Of a DNA stretch of 64,000 nt, positions 52,363 to 64,000 are shown piece after piece. Each line of letters opens with the position of its first letter. Position 1 is the stretch's first letter. The position numbers and the translations under genes were made by a program. The stretch comes from Trichosphaerium sp. ATCC 40318. Lineage: Eukaryota > Protista > Tubulinea. The stretch spans positions 1 through 64,000 of the forward strand of contig JALMLS010000590.1 in assembly GCA_038496445.1 (NCBI GenBank), given 5' to 3'. The notes beneath the pieces are model-generated. The model was given only the letters and a program-made list of their open reading frames with translations, had not been told where the DNA came from and did not search any database.

Positions 52363-53943
52363 ATGAGATCCAAATACATTTTAGTAACCCTTTCTCAGTT
52401 AAAAAAGTGGCATGTGAGTGAATACGCGAGATGTGGGGTGAAAAAAATATGCTTACGGCGATACGCGCGTTCTGCACGAAAATCAGACCGCTCACCTCGA
52501 ACCTTTCTGGAATCGCCACAATTCTCATACCATAGCGATGGTGTTGTAGTAGGTGAGTTCCACTTGTTGTTTTAATTCAAACTGTAAAAGGTATTGATGA
52601 GGCAGGGAGGGGCCCTATGCTCGGTCCTATGGTACGAGCGCTATACAATATTGTTGAATGACACATCACAGGTTATGGCAGCAATTGCTATCGCTCCAAC
52701 GAGCGAAGCTACGTTACAGGTACACCACAGCAATAGAAATAAACGCAAACAAGGATTAGGAGCTTGGTGTAAAGGATTCCAAAAAACTTAGCCGCACCAA
52801 ACGCGAGTCAATGGAAAATGTTCGTGTTTATTCTACCAAACATAACCTCACCAGCCTTAGAAAGTGCGAGAAGCATCTGCGCTGGTACAACGTCGTAAAA
52901 GTGTTTATAGAATTGATAATAAATACATTTTATTGTTAGGTACTCACACGCCATGTAAGCGCAGAACAGATTGACCAAAGACGGCTTTCAGGAGAGTCAC
53001 TCAATGAAATTGAGTTCTCCGTACGTATGGATTTAACAGATCCAAGATGTAGTACTGACTTTACGAAAGATGATGGAGTCACTTCTGGCCTCCATTCAAA
53101 AAACACGAATGAACGTATGCCACGTGTATGTTGATGCTCTGACATCCAAGCCCGAGTCAGCTATCATACCTATGCGCAATCGATTTCCTATGTACACTCC
53201 AATTGTTTATTATTATGACATTAACCGTGCTGGCAAGGTTTCCTATGACTTCTGAGATTAGAGGGGATGATAAGTTTTTGTCTGTAAGATCACCACACAA
53301 TAGCCAAGGTGTCATGTTAACAGGTGTTTTTGAAAGGTATCTGCTGCTTCTATAGTCGCCAAATGCGAGCGAGATAGATCTATGGATGAGATTGGAGAGG
53401 CGCATGGTAACAAGCTTGGTATGATGTACTTGTACATAACACGTTCGCTGATGGTAATCCAAGGGTCTGGCTATATGCTAGATAAACATACAAGCAAATT
53501 TTTGCTGCAACTGAACAAATCTGACGTAGCTATACCTCCTTTCGTGAGACGCACGTGGCAATCAAAATATGATAGAATATCTGTGCCTGTGAATGCAAAG
53601 ACAATAGAACAGCATAAATCCAATAACTCTGAACTCCATCGCACTGTTAGCTCTGAAACACCTGCTCTTTCTGATGAGTTAAATGGTTTGCACATTACAA
53701 TCACATTGAAAGATGCTAACAGTACCATTAGCGCTCCTGGGTGATATTCATGACTTAAAATATGACTGGCTTGAAAAACTATCGGATAGCTTCATAGCAG
53801 GCGGTGTAACAGAACTGTCACAGATGAAAAAATGGAATAGACGTGATATGAATGCCATACTAAAAAATCAGTTCAGTATATCGCATACAGCAGACAGAAG
53901 GAAGATTGTAACAGCGATATGGGCTAAAAACAAAGGAAAGTAA
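52363..53943 (+). CDS. Ribonuclease H2 subunit A / RNase HII family protein with a C-terminal SAM-like domain
   Basis: VGIDEAGRGPMLGPM, GVKDSK, VYVDA, GDDKF, SAASIVAK and GSGY. Start position is uncertain. Confidence 0.85.
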
Positions 53944-54010
53944 AATAACTTAAAATAGGCATTTGTTAAGCCAATGTACAATTTGTAAAATCTCTCGTAA
54001 ATAATGATGA

Positions 54011-56832
54011 ATGTCGCTGCGTGTCGCTGTGAAAGCACAACGGAACCGGAGGCATACGATCCACGTCAAAAGAACAGGTTTTGTTAACTCGTTAAATATT
54101 TACACGCTGAAAATCCTCAAGCAACGCATAAACAACCTTTACCACGCGGATATTGGGACAATGTTAACAATCAACGACTTTTTTTTGATAGTCTATGTGA
54201 GAAGCTAAACGTGCGCGTACAACACGACTGGTACACAGTGACAACCAAAATGGTGGTGAATCATGGAGGTGGAAGTATAATGACAAAGTACCAAATACTA
54301 TGAACAAAAATGCCATTTGACGCTGCCATAGGTACAAAGGCTCAGTATATAACGCTACAAACACAATTTACCCATGGTTTAAGTTGACACCTGGCGAATT
54401 CAAGTACGGCTGTAGACCACAACTTTAGCGCTCACTAATCCACAAGGAATGCACCCGCACGCTATTGGACTTCTGTGGTCAATCAACAGTCTGAAATGAA
54501 CAGAGTTGCACAAGAATTTGATGTGAAGATGTTGGATGATTGGTATCGTGTTACCCGAACATCTCTCAAGGCTTCGGGTGTAGCAGCACTCCTACAACAG
54601 TACCTTCACCTTTTACAAATACAAGCATTAAATATACTTTAAGATTTGATGGATGCTTACAGACAGCCTTGAGAACCATTTACGCTAATCATACTTGGCA
54701 TACTTGGCAATTTATGTGAGTTTGATTAATCAGCTATTTATCACGACTAACCATCGACCCAGAGATACACCAGAAACCCAAGACTCGATATCACGGCGGG
54801 TTGAAGCTCTAGTCCATGATCTTAAAGTAAAGTTTGAGGATGATTGGTACAATGTCTCCAATGCCGAGTTCACAGACAACATAAATGGCTTAGCACTCAC
54901 CTTGTGCGTCCACGTGATCTCTAGTTATAACCGAGTACTAATAAAATAGACACTATGGTGGAGAAGTGGGAGATATCATACCTCGTCTTTATCCTCGATA
55001 CAAGTGGCTACCTTTCAAGTTCAAGTACGAAAACTCATGGTGCAATGTAATTATACTAAATGCGACAGGAATATACCAAAATCATTTTTGGATGACAAGA
55101 GCAACCACCGTTTAATTGCAGACTATCTTGGCTCTAATCATTTTGGCATTACCTTGGACAACCTGGATGGATGGTATGATGTTAGTCTTAGTCACATAGA
55201 GCACACCAATGCAGCGCCGCTCTTAACCATGTGAGTATTGCCCGACTGTAACTCAATACCATTCTAATTCAGCCTCAAGGTACAATCAGTCGTTGCCTCA
55301 ATTCCTCAAAAGCCTGTATCCTGAGCACCCCTGGACTACCTGGAAGTTCAAGTACAAGTTGATTGGCTGTAATGTTGAATACTTACAGTTTGGATTAGAA
55401 CAAGTATTCTCGATTATATTTCGAAACAACACAATTTTAAGACAATGGACTGTTGGTACAGCGTATCACTACAAGACCTCAAAGATTGGGGAGCATCGTC
55501 TCTAGTGGCAGAGTATGTGAGCTTTATATTCTTGATAGACTAATGTACAACTGTTCAGGTTCAAATCTTTGGAGGGAGTACTAACTGCAGGCTATCCTTC
55601 ATTTAAATGGAACACGAAAATGTTCACAAAGCGCCCACACAAAAATTTGTTGGCAATACAACGTGATACAATGTACAAAATTGGCATAAAACTCGGTGTC
55701 AAAGAACTGAAAAATTGGTACAATGTTCTTGCTGACGATGTCATCAAACTCCCTGGAGGTAGGAGCATACTGAATAAGTACGAACACATATTACAATGCA
55801 CTAATTAAACGATATTTAGATACAATAAATCGTTAGTAAAAGTACTACAGGCAACCTATCCCAACTTTTTCTGGGTGCCTTGGAAATTTGTGTGAGTTTA
55901 ATTCTGTGGTTTATTATGTTCTTTGAATTAATCAGCAATCCTTCAGATCCATTTCGAACGTCCACCGACCTGGATACTGGCAAGATATTGAAAACCAAAA
56001 GGATTTTATCAAGGATGTTGAGAAAGAACTGAACATTAGAAAGTGGGACGAATGGTACACGTGCTCCCGTATCTTCCAAATACAAACACAATAACAGGTA
56101 TCGAGTATCACTTGCTCAAGTCAAACAATACGGTGGAAATGGTGTTGTAGCGTATTTCCCTCGTTTGCTTGCGTCAGTATACAACACCGAACCGTGGGAA
56201 TGGCACAAGTTTGTGCTTCACTCTAAAAAAGCAGGACAAAGGTAACTATTGCCTGACCTATCACGTGCTGTTTTGACACTGGTATAGAATACTAGTACAA
56301 CGCACCATGCAAGCGTTCCCAGGTCTAGAGGTTGAGGAAGAACATTTAATTGGGCTTAAAGAATCATCAAACACAGCCATGACTGTTGATGTCTTTGTTC
56401 CTGAGCACAATCTGGCACTTGAGTACCAAGGTTGGTTATTACAACCCTTCATATCAACGCTAATTAACCAAGGCGAGCATCATTATAAAACTTCAGTACC
56501 ATATCAAGTACCAGCTCAAGTATTCGGTATGCGTGATGCACACAAGGCACAAATATGTCGCGACAGTGGTAGGCTGTAAAATCATATAATTTTTTCTAAA
56601 TGATACAGGCATTAGACTCGTGTCCGTACCCTATTGGTGGGATGGTTCACTGGAGGAGCTGGTAGACACTATCAATACGCATACAGATTTGGTAATATCT
56701 GCGCCTTCACGGAGGACGGCTGCACCTTCAAAAGCGCTACAAGGAAATGGTCCGTTCTTTCAACTTATTTCTTTTTTTGTACTGAAATTCTTTATTCCAG
56801 AAAAAGCACAAAAGCTCATGCAACCACATTGA
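54011..56832 (+). CDS. Tandem ~70-aa Trp-rich repeat protein with a C-terminal PD-(D/E)xK (Vsr/DUF559/RAP-like) nuclease domain
   Basis: Seven spliced repeats (PxxYW...NQ...DWYxV...GG...Y..S...YP...WxxWxF), then VDVFVPEHNLALEYQGEHHY...RDAHKAQICRDSGIRLVSVPYWW. Confidence 0.8.
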
Positions 56833-56861
56833 TTCTAAATTGTTACTGATTGCATACCCCT

Positions 56862-59672
56862 TCAGTCGGCAAATAACTGCCGGTAGTACTGTACAAATGA
56901 GATATCGTCTGTAAAATGAAATTTGTTTAACAGCGCGTCCTTGTCCACTACTTCTTCCAATTGTGGAAACGAAGCCAGCTGGTTCTTGAGATCATCTTTG
57001 TGACTCGGTGTTAATCTACATACAAGCCACCGTGCCATCGATTGCCCTTCATCAAACTTGCGTATAATAGGTTGTGGGAATCTGCATTGAGCCGACCGAA
57101 CCGCAAAAGAATGGCAGCTGTTCCTCACCTAATTAGAAAAACCATGTTAGCCCACCAACCCACGCACATTGTCGAGAGTAACGCACGGTATCATAGTGAG
57201 GTGTTGCTACATCTGTACCACTCCAAATAAAAACGTCAGTATGGTGGTCTAAGAGGAGCACGGTGTCACTTTGAAGTGCCAAGTCTTCAAGAGGTAGCCT
57301 GACAAACTGCCACTTATACTTTTCTTTTGTTGCAAATAAAGGCGGATCAACCAATCGTATCGAATCACTTGCACTTGCCATTAAGAAAAGATACGTTATA
57401 TAAGCAATATCATCTGAATGTTGAAGGATTGGCCTAAATATAGTTGAGTTGACAGAATACGCACAAAATAAAATAGTACCCAAGGATAGGTCCTTGCCGT
57501 AATTGGAATAGCCTACCGGGATTAATTAACGTCAATTAAAAATAATATTTGGCTACAGTACCTCCGTGGTACTGCTCCAAGATGTTTAGGTATCGCATGA
57601 GAGCCTCCACCACTTGATTTTCCAACGGTTTTAACAAACTTTCTCAAAACTGTGTCCAAATATTGTTGACTCTTCTCAACTGAATTTTTCCAAGCAATCA
57701 GCGCCTACCAATTACAAATTAGTACATAGTATTCCACTACTCAACTTACAGCACTCTTTGCTATAAGGACTGTAAGAATATCTGCGTTAACGCCTTTTAC
57801 ATAGTCAACAAAGGACGCAATCAAAGGCAAACACTTTGTTATGATACGTTGCATCCTAAAGAAAAAGAAGAAATATCAATATAAAAGTTATGTTTAGATT
57901 GCACGTGCCTTGAACCGTCACGTGTTATAAAAGTGGCGACAAACTGTAAGTATACATTCTTTTGTGTTGAAATACCGTCTAGGACATTGAATAATACTGT
58001 AAAACATTGACGTGGTTGAACACCAGTCATCCGCGAGTAATGTGCATTATCCTTCGTCCCCACAGATTCACTAACCTAGTAGATCGTTTGTAATCGTCAC
58101 ACATGCCAACTGTTATCAAGTTACCGTACGTATGCATCCCTTGAATCAACTTGCAAGGCTGGACCAATAATGTGCTTTACCTACAACCTAACGTTACAAC
58201 CATGACAACAAAACCTATTCAAATTGGTACTCACATCGAGGCCCTTGCTTGTACGTATAGAAAGTATACCAGCACGGCCAACATCTAAGATGTCATCACA
58301 ATCGAGTTGTAGTGTCTAAGCATACCTCGATAAAGCGACAGCATCAAGTCTTTAGCGAACTCTGCGCCAAACTGCTCTCTGGGTATAACTATTCCTCCAC
58401 AATCTGATACAAGGTACTGCAACGCTCTCACTTCAAAGTTCAAATGTCCAACACAAAAAATATCAATACCTGTTTGCAACAACAAGTTAGAGATAACTCA
58501 AGTCACTAACACAATTTTTCGAGCCAAAACCACGTGCCAATATCATTTTGTAAGCATATTCGACTCATTTGTTTGTAGTAGTCTATAGACGCTCTGCGCA
58601 AATTACTATCACTCTCGTTCCTTTCATTTGTTACTCGATAAGGCTGTTGTTCAGGGAGAGCTCCAGGTCCATAGTTGGGCGTCCCAGTCATAAACACAGT
58701 AATCCTGCCATGATTATGTCCCATAAGATTAATGGCGGCTTCCAAAGCTGCACCCAATGCACGTGGTTTTACAACATGCTGCTTGTGTCCTCCCTTCTTT
58801 TCTTTTGCTCTTTCTGTAAGTGCTAATAAAATAGCTTGTATGTTATCAACACAATTCTTAAAAGAAGCCATGTGCGAAGATTTGTTCGTAGCCAATCGCG
58901 AAATATCGTGCTGTTGCAAAAATGAATGTCCAGGCAGTACGAAAGCACGACAAAGTTTAGGTGAACCAGCCAAGTGATACACATGAACAACAGACGTAAG
59001 GACTACCAATCCAATCAACGTGGACGGTGGCATCAAAGCAATGGCACTGTGAATAGAGGAAGCCAGGTTCTAAATCAAGGTTGTAAGGGCTTATTCAATA
59101 AAATCAAAAAAAAAAAGAGCTACCTTCATTTCTTGTTTAGTAATGTGACCATCAATAACAAACACGTTATGGCATGACCCTTGCCACTCGGGTTGAGTGG
59201 GCTGTAATACATCAATGACATCGTAATCTGCTCCTTGAGGGCGTAGAGGTACTGTAGGAAGTGCACAAGAGTTCACAAAGCCGCAGAAGAGGCATTTCCA
59301 TTGACACCCATCTTGACATTCAACAGTTAACATAAAACTTCAAAATACTGTAACTACCTTCTGCTTGAGACGCAAACGATACAAATGAGGTACCATAGGC
59401 AGAACACTGATAGCACTGGGGAAGTGACGCCACGCAAGGCGGTGCAGGGTTTAATACCGCCGTTGGTTGTAATAACGCTCCCACAGGCAATGAACTAACG
59501 ACAGCGTTAGAACAAACGACTTTAGGGCTTGTATTCACAAAATATGTACTGTACGTCACCTTATCCTGTGAATTGGCGCCACGGGGATAGCTGACGCCGA
59601 AAACAGTAGTGGGTTAGCAACTGGTAGCACATAAGAGGGATGGGCCTCTTTTTTCGATGCTTCGGCAGCCAT
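56862..59672 (-). CDS. Sec23-family COPII protein (divergent)
   Basis: Zn finger CYQC...WKCLFC, trunk PRALGAALEAA and GTPNYGPG, gelsolin-like VLLLDHHTDVFIWSG, RFPQP, SMARWL and FTDDISF. Confidence 0.85.
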
Positions 59673-59836
59673 AGGCGCAAGGAGATGCTAATTCAGTTGC
59701 TGACGTTGTCAATCACAGATTTTGACACTTTGAGTCAAAATCATTAAAAGCTGTGTTTGACGACATCTGACAACCACAATGTATTACTGCACAACAGTAC
59801 AAAACCATTACAGACACATTCAGAACTGTTTAACAA

Positions 59837-60998
59837 ATGGAACAGCAACTTTTCATTAAAGCTACTCTTGGCGCCAAGTTATACGCGCCAATTACAAAAT
59901 GCCACATTTTGCCACCTTATTTGAGAAGCACTGCAGTGCGATTACTCAGTCAAAACGGTTCATAAGTTTCAACTTACGCTAACGCACCAAGCATAGGTAA
60001 GTTTACAGCAACGGTCTACGGTAGACCTACTAGCACCGTTCTACTTGCTTTGTTCGTATACTTATAAATCGTAGGATACCTTCACCAAGTACCGCAGGAC
60101 CATGGCACAAACCAGAGACAATTTTGTGTTATCCACCAATTTTGAAGACTACAAGGCACGTAAACAAGCTACAAAAACTCCAAAACGCGAGACACCGTAT
60201 CGTTTTCGTTTGTACACTCCTTTTGAGGCCAACGATTGCACTTTCCTTGCATTCGGTGAAGTGATGCGGATAGCTGAGTGCCCCGCTTAGCAAGTAACGT
60301 CGAAAACTGTATTGTGCGCTAGTTACGGTTATTTGCCGTGCACGTGAGCTTAAAAGCCAACTCAGAGGTTTTAACACCACTGGGGTTGTAAGCGATGTGG
60401 TGGTGAATCTCCACTTAGCACAGTAGCGCAACAAACCTAACTTGTGACGAAATCAGGGAAACCGATGGATACTCGCGTTTTTTGAGTTTTTATAGGATGT
60501 TTAAACCAAAAAGACCAGAAGGACACGATTTGAAGCATGCCAAATCATGTCCTTTTGCTTTTTTTTCTCTCTCGTGCTTACCCCTTATTTTAGGCGTTAT
60601 GTGACGCTGAGATTATGGCAAAAGATGCTGAGATTGCTACAAAAGATGCCCAGCTTGCTGACAGGGATGCCAAAATCGTTGAGCTAAAACGAGAGTGTAT
60701 CAAAGCAGCTGCAGATTCAGAGGAAAAATCTCGTTTGGTAGAACACCTCAAACGTCAACTTGACGAGGAATCAAGCAAAAAAAGAGCCGCTGATCAGGAG
60801 CTGAAACGGTCAAGGGCAGACATCAAAAGGCAGCGAACACATCGCATCCAAACCCTGACTAGAGCCAAGCAAAAAATGGAAAAGCTTGACTTTGGCTCTG
60901 CAAAGGATGCTATGGAAGATGTTTTAGAGGAAGATGTGAGACGCGAAGATGAAGTAGAGCTAGAAGAGCAACTAAGAGTTAGTGATAATGAGCAGTAG
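59837..60998 (+). CDS. Hypothetical protein with a C-terminal coiled coil
   Basis: Exon-like segments from MEQQLF... and a charged heptad exon at 60615-60998. No family recognised. Confidence 0.5.
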
Positions 60999-61838
60999 CA
61001 AAGCAACAACTTTCTTTTTTGCTGGCCAAATGCACGCGATATTAATACGTACTGTCAATTACTAGCCAGTACTAGTACACTGGGCTATTTCCCTTTTAGA
61101 AAAGGACATTAGCGCCAGACAAGACTAAAAACGCACCAATGGCCCGTAATCCGCGCAGGTATGCTGAGGTAGAATAGTGATTGCGTGTATATATCAACAT
61201 ACCTCATAACTACAAAGCAAACAAAAACAAGAACGTACCGCAGCGAAAGTTACTGCTTTTGCTTTAACATTCTATTTGGCAAAAGTAAAACAAAAATAAA
61301 TTTGACACATTGTGACACGCATAGATTTAATATCACCATTTTTTTATTTTGACTACGGTTGCAAAAGATACAACATTACCAAACCGATTAAGCAATGGCC
61401 GCATGAACTACTCGTGAAATATGAAGCGTACTTCCGTGAGTGAGCGGAATACAATGCACATTTAATTAAAATTTAAAGGTGTAATAGCGTCTCACTCACG
61501 AAATCTCTTTTGTGAAGCTGTTGATACTTGTAGGCTTTCTCGTATGTCGCACACGCATCGCTGAATATATGTTCGTGACAGAGCACAATAGTTTGTGGGT
61601 AATGTGATCTGAACATTTGTTTGACGCATCTTTAAGACTTAGCTGAAAACACTAAAAACTTAGGCAAACTGCATTTCGGGGTGTTTTTGCCGTATGAATC
61701 ATAAACCGTCTAAGATCCAGAAACGACTCATACTGCCACTTTTCGTGGTTGGACTTAAAGGCTGTTAAGCGATTTTAGGCGACGTCAGTAAATTATTTGA
61801 AATTTCTTTTCACGTAGTAAAGAGACAAGCGCATAGCA

Positions 61839-63291
61839 ATGACTAGTGAGCTGTGGGACGATTTCAATGATGGCTTAGTACTACCAGACATAGAAGGCGG
61901 TTTAAACTCAAACACTATGTGGGATCAGCACTTGCATGACGATAGCGCTCCAATCATTGACGGCAATTTCTCAGGTGATGAATCTACAACATCGTCGTAC
62001 GATTCTCCAGTGCCCTCTCCTGGCAATAATTACGATAACATGATGATCGGGGACATTACCAGCCTACTGTACACACGTTTTGCTACATAACATAATTATT
62101 TGCTGACGTTGTAAAAAGACCAACTCCTGCGTTTACCCAGAATGCTGGTGCCTCAATGGGCCAAAACGATGGAGAAATAATCGCTGTACAAACTGGAGCA
62201 CATATAAATGTACAAAACAAGCTTTTCATCCATTTTTTCATCTCATCACTTCCTTAGACATCCATAAACGACATTTCTTATCAAAAAAACCATGGTTCGA
62301 GGCAACCACCTCCAAGAAGTACGTACACGCTTGGATATTTAAAACAAAGACCAGCCATAATAATAGAACTCTTTTTTAGTTCAACCAAACTATGGCGTTA
62401 AAAGAAAACAACAAGATGACATACACTCAAGACCAGTAAAGCGTAGCAAGTCGAAACAACAAACACAAATTCCAGCAGGTATTATCAACAAAAAATTTAA
62501 TTGCCTCCACACTACTCTAGTACGATACTAAAATATTTTTCTAGAAATTGCACACGTGTATATAAGCCAAGAAGACTTGTTAAATATTTCAAGCACTGCA
62601 TTCGAACAACGTGTAAAAAAGTTGAGCATGCACAGATCATTCACACTAGCTGAAAGCAAAGAAATTAAACGACAACGCCGACTTGTTAGAAACCGTGAAT
62701 ATGCACGTGCTTCAAGACAAAAGAAAAAAGCAGACATTAAATCACTTCGTGCTCGTATCAACACGTGCGTTTTTAATCTAAAACCAAAAAGTGAAACACT
62801 AACTTGATCCTTTTAGGTTAGAGGTTGAAAATGAGGCATTAAAAAAGGAGGTTGGCATGCTCAACAACAAAGTAAAAGAGCTTCAAAGCACTCCTTTTAT
62901 GAATACAGGGCACTCTCAAGCGCCAGTAGTGAATAATGGCGGTATCTCTCCATTTTTTGACGCCAGCAAGCTATCATCTATTCAAATCAATCCATTCAAT
63001 TTTTCTGCCCAAGGCAAGGTCGGCGTTGCACTCTTTGCCTTACTCTTCATGGCTGTATTCTACTTGCCAATGTCAAACCTTCCAGGACGCAACCAATTAG
63101 GCCAGCACTCTCCTCGACGCATACTTGAAAATAGCAAACTGCCAGTTAACGATTTATACAACGGTGAGATTTCAGGACCTCAGTCGATAAACACCATTAT
63201 ACCCGATACCCCTCCAGCATGTGGTCCCTTACGGTATGGCTACGTTTATTGTGGCATCGGTGACGCAGAGCATTACACAGCGGCGGCTTGA
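61839..63291 (+). CDS. Membrane-tethered bZIP transcription factor (ATF6/CREB3/bZIP28-like architecture)
   Basis: KRQRRLVRNREYARASRQKKK plus leucine zipper, TM segment VGVALFALLFMAVFYLPM, then RRIL. Confidence 0.82.
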
Positions 63292-63469
63292 TTTGTACAG
63301 TACTTGTAATTGTAAATAACCAGTAATTTTAATAATATAAGCCAAAAAAAAAACATGTTGTGTTTTTCTTTCTTTGTTCTTTATTTTAGAAATAATTAAA
63401 AGTACATTTGCATCCTCACTGCAGGTAACTACCTAGCCAGCGAATAATTTCAGTATGGCCAAACTTCCA

Positions 63470-64000
63470 AGTCATTTGACTCTCTCTAGATATCAGTAAT
63501 GTAAGTAAGCGAGCCTAAGGATAGATTGCTTTTGTATTATACGCACCTGCGAAGTCGGCCTGTACGGATCGTGACAACCAATTCTAAATGCTGCACATGT
63601 TGTATGATCCATCTTGCCTTGGTTCAGATGAGTTAGTCTAGAGATAGACAGTTACGCAGTTCTTACCTGGATACTTGGCATAATCACTTGCAAGAGGGAG
63701 ATTTGGGTTCTGTTCCATAAACTCTCTGCTCGAACTAGTTGTGAGTCGGCAATGATCCATCAGTTTCTTGGATATCTGTCTTGGCGATATAAATGTTTCA
63801 TCCGCCCCTATCAGCGCCTGCAGCAACTTGCATTCGTAAAGCTAAAAACAATAAAACGTCAAAAAAAAAACAGAAAAAAAACATGGCAAAAAAAAGTGTT
63901 CCGAACCATTTTCGCGTGCGACACCATGTCTCTGTCAAGTGAGTCCCAAGCAACACCAGCAGTAATTCCTTTAATATTGGCTTCTGCTGGAGATTTGCCT
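63470..64000 (-). CDS. 3' part of an unidentified spliced gene (runs off the window end)
   Basis: Exon-like frames such as LQALIGADETFISPRQISKKLMDHC... are bounded by GT-AG introns. Confidence 0.4.

Overview
Compact, very intron-rich genome of a unicellular eukaryote (introns mostly ~35-55 nt, so the ORF track is fragmented; gene models below were spliced by eye and their ends are approximate). Host genes: PDH E1-beta (partial), an ARID protein, a STE20/PAK-like kinase, a DENN+ARM protein, tRNA-Ala(AGC), PA200/Blm10, DDX47/RRP3, CDKAL1, a PNKP-like protein, a PHD+FHA protein, a myosin with a PH tail, MPDU1, RNase H2A with a SAM-like tail, a 7-repeat PD-(D/E)xK nuclease, a Sec23-like protein and a membrane-tethered bZIP. 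Between the tRNA and PA200 (~7.7-26.3 kb) lies a nest of transposable elements dominated by a 15.9-kb near-perfect palindrome (9959-25821). It has sharp CAGTGGTGGAATC termini, subterminal repeat arrays and a central ~4.5-kb CGAT-rich satellite. Each arm carries two spliced genes: an AlkB-type 2OG-Fe(II) dioxygenase fused to a BAH-like domain, and a protein with a degenerate Ulp1-like domain. No transposase is recognisable. In the arm genes almost all surviving CpGs sit in CGAT/ATCG context, which suggests a sequence-specific escape from methylation.
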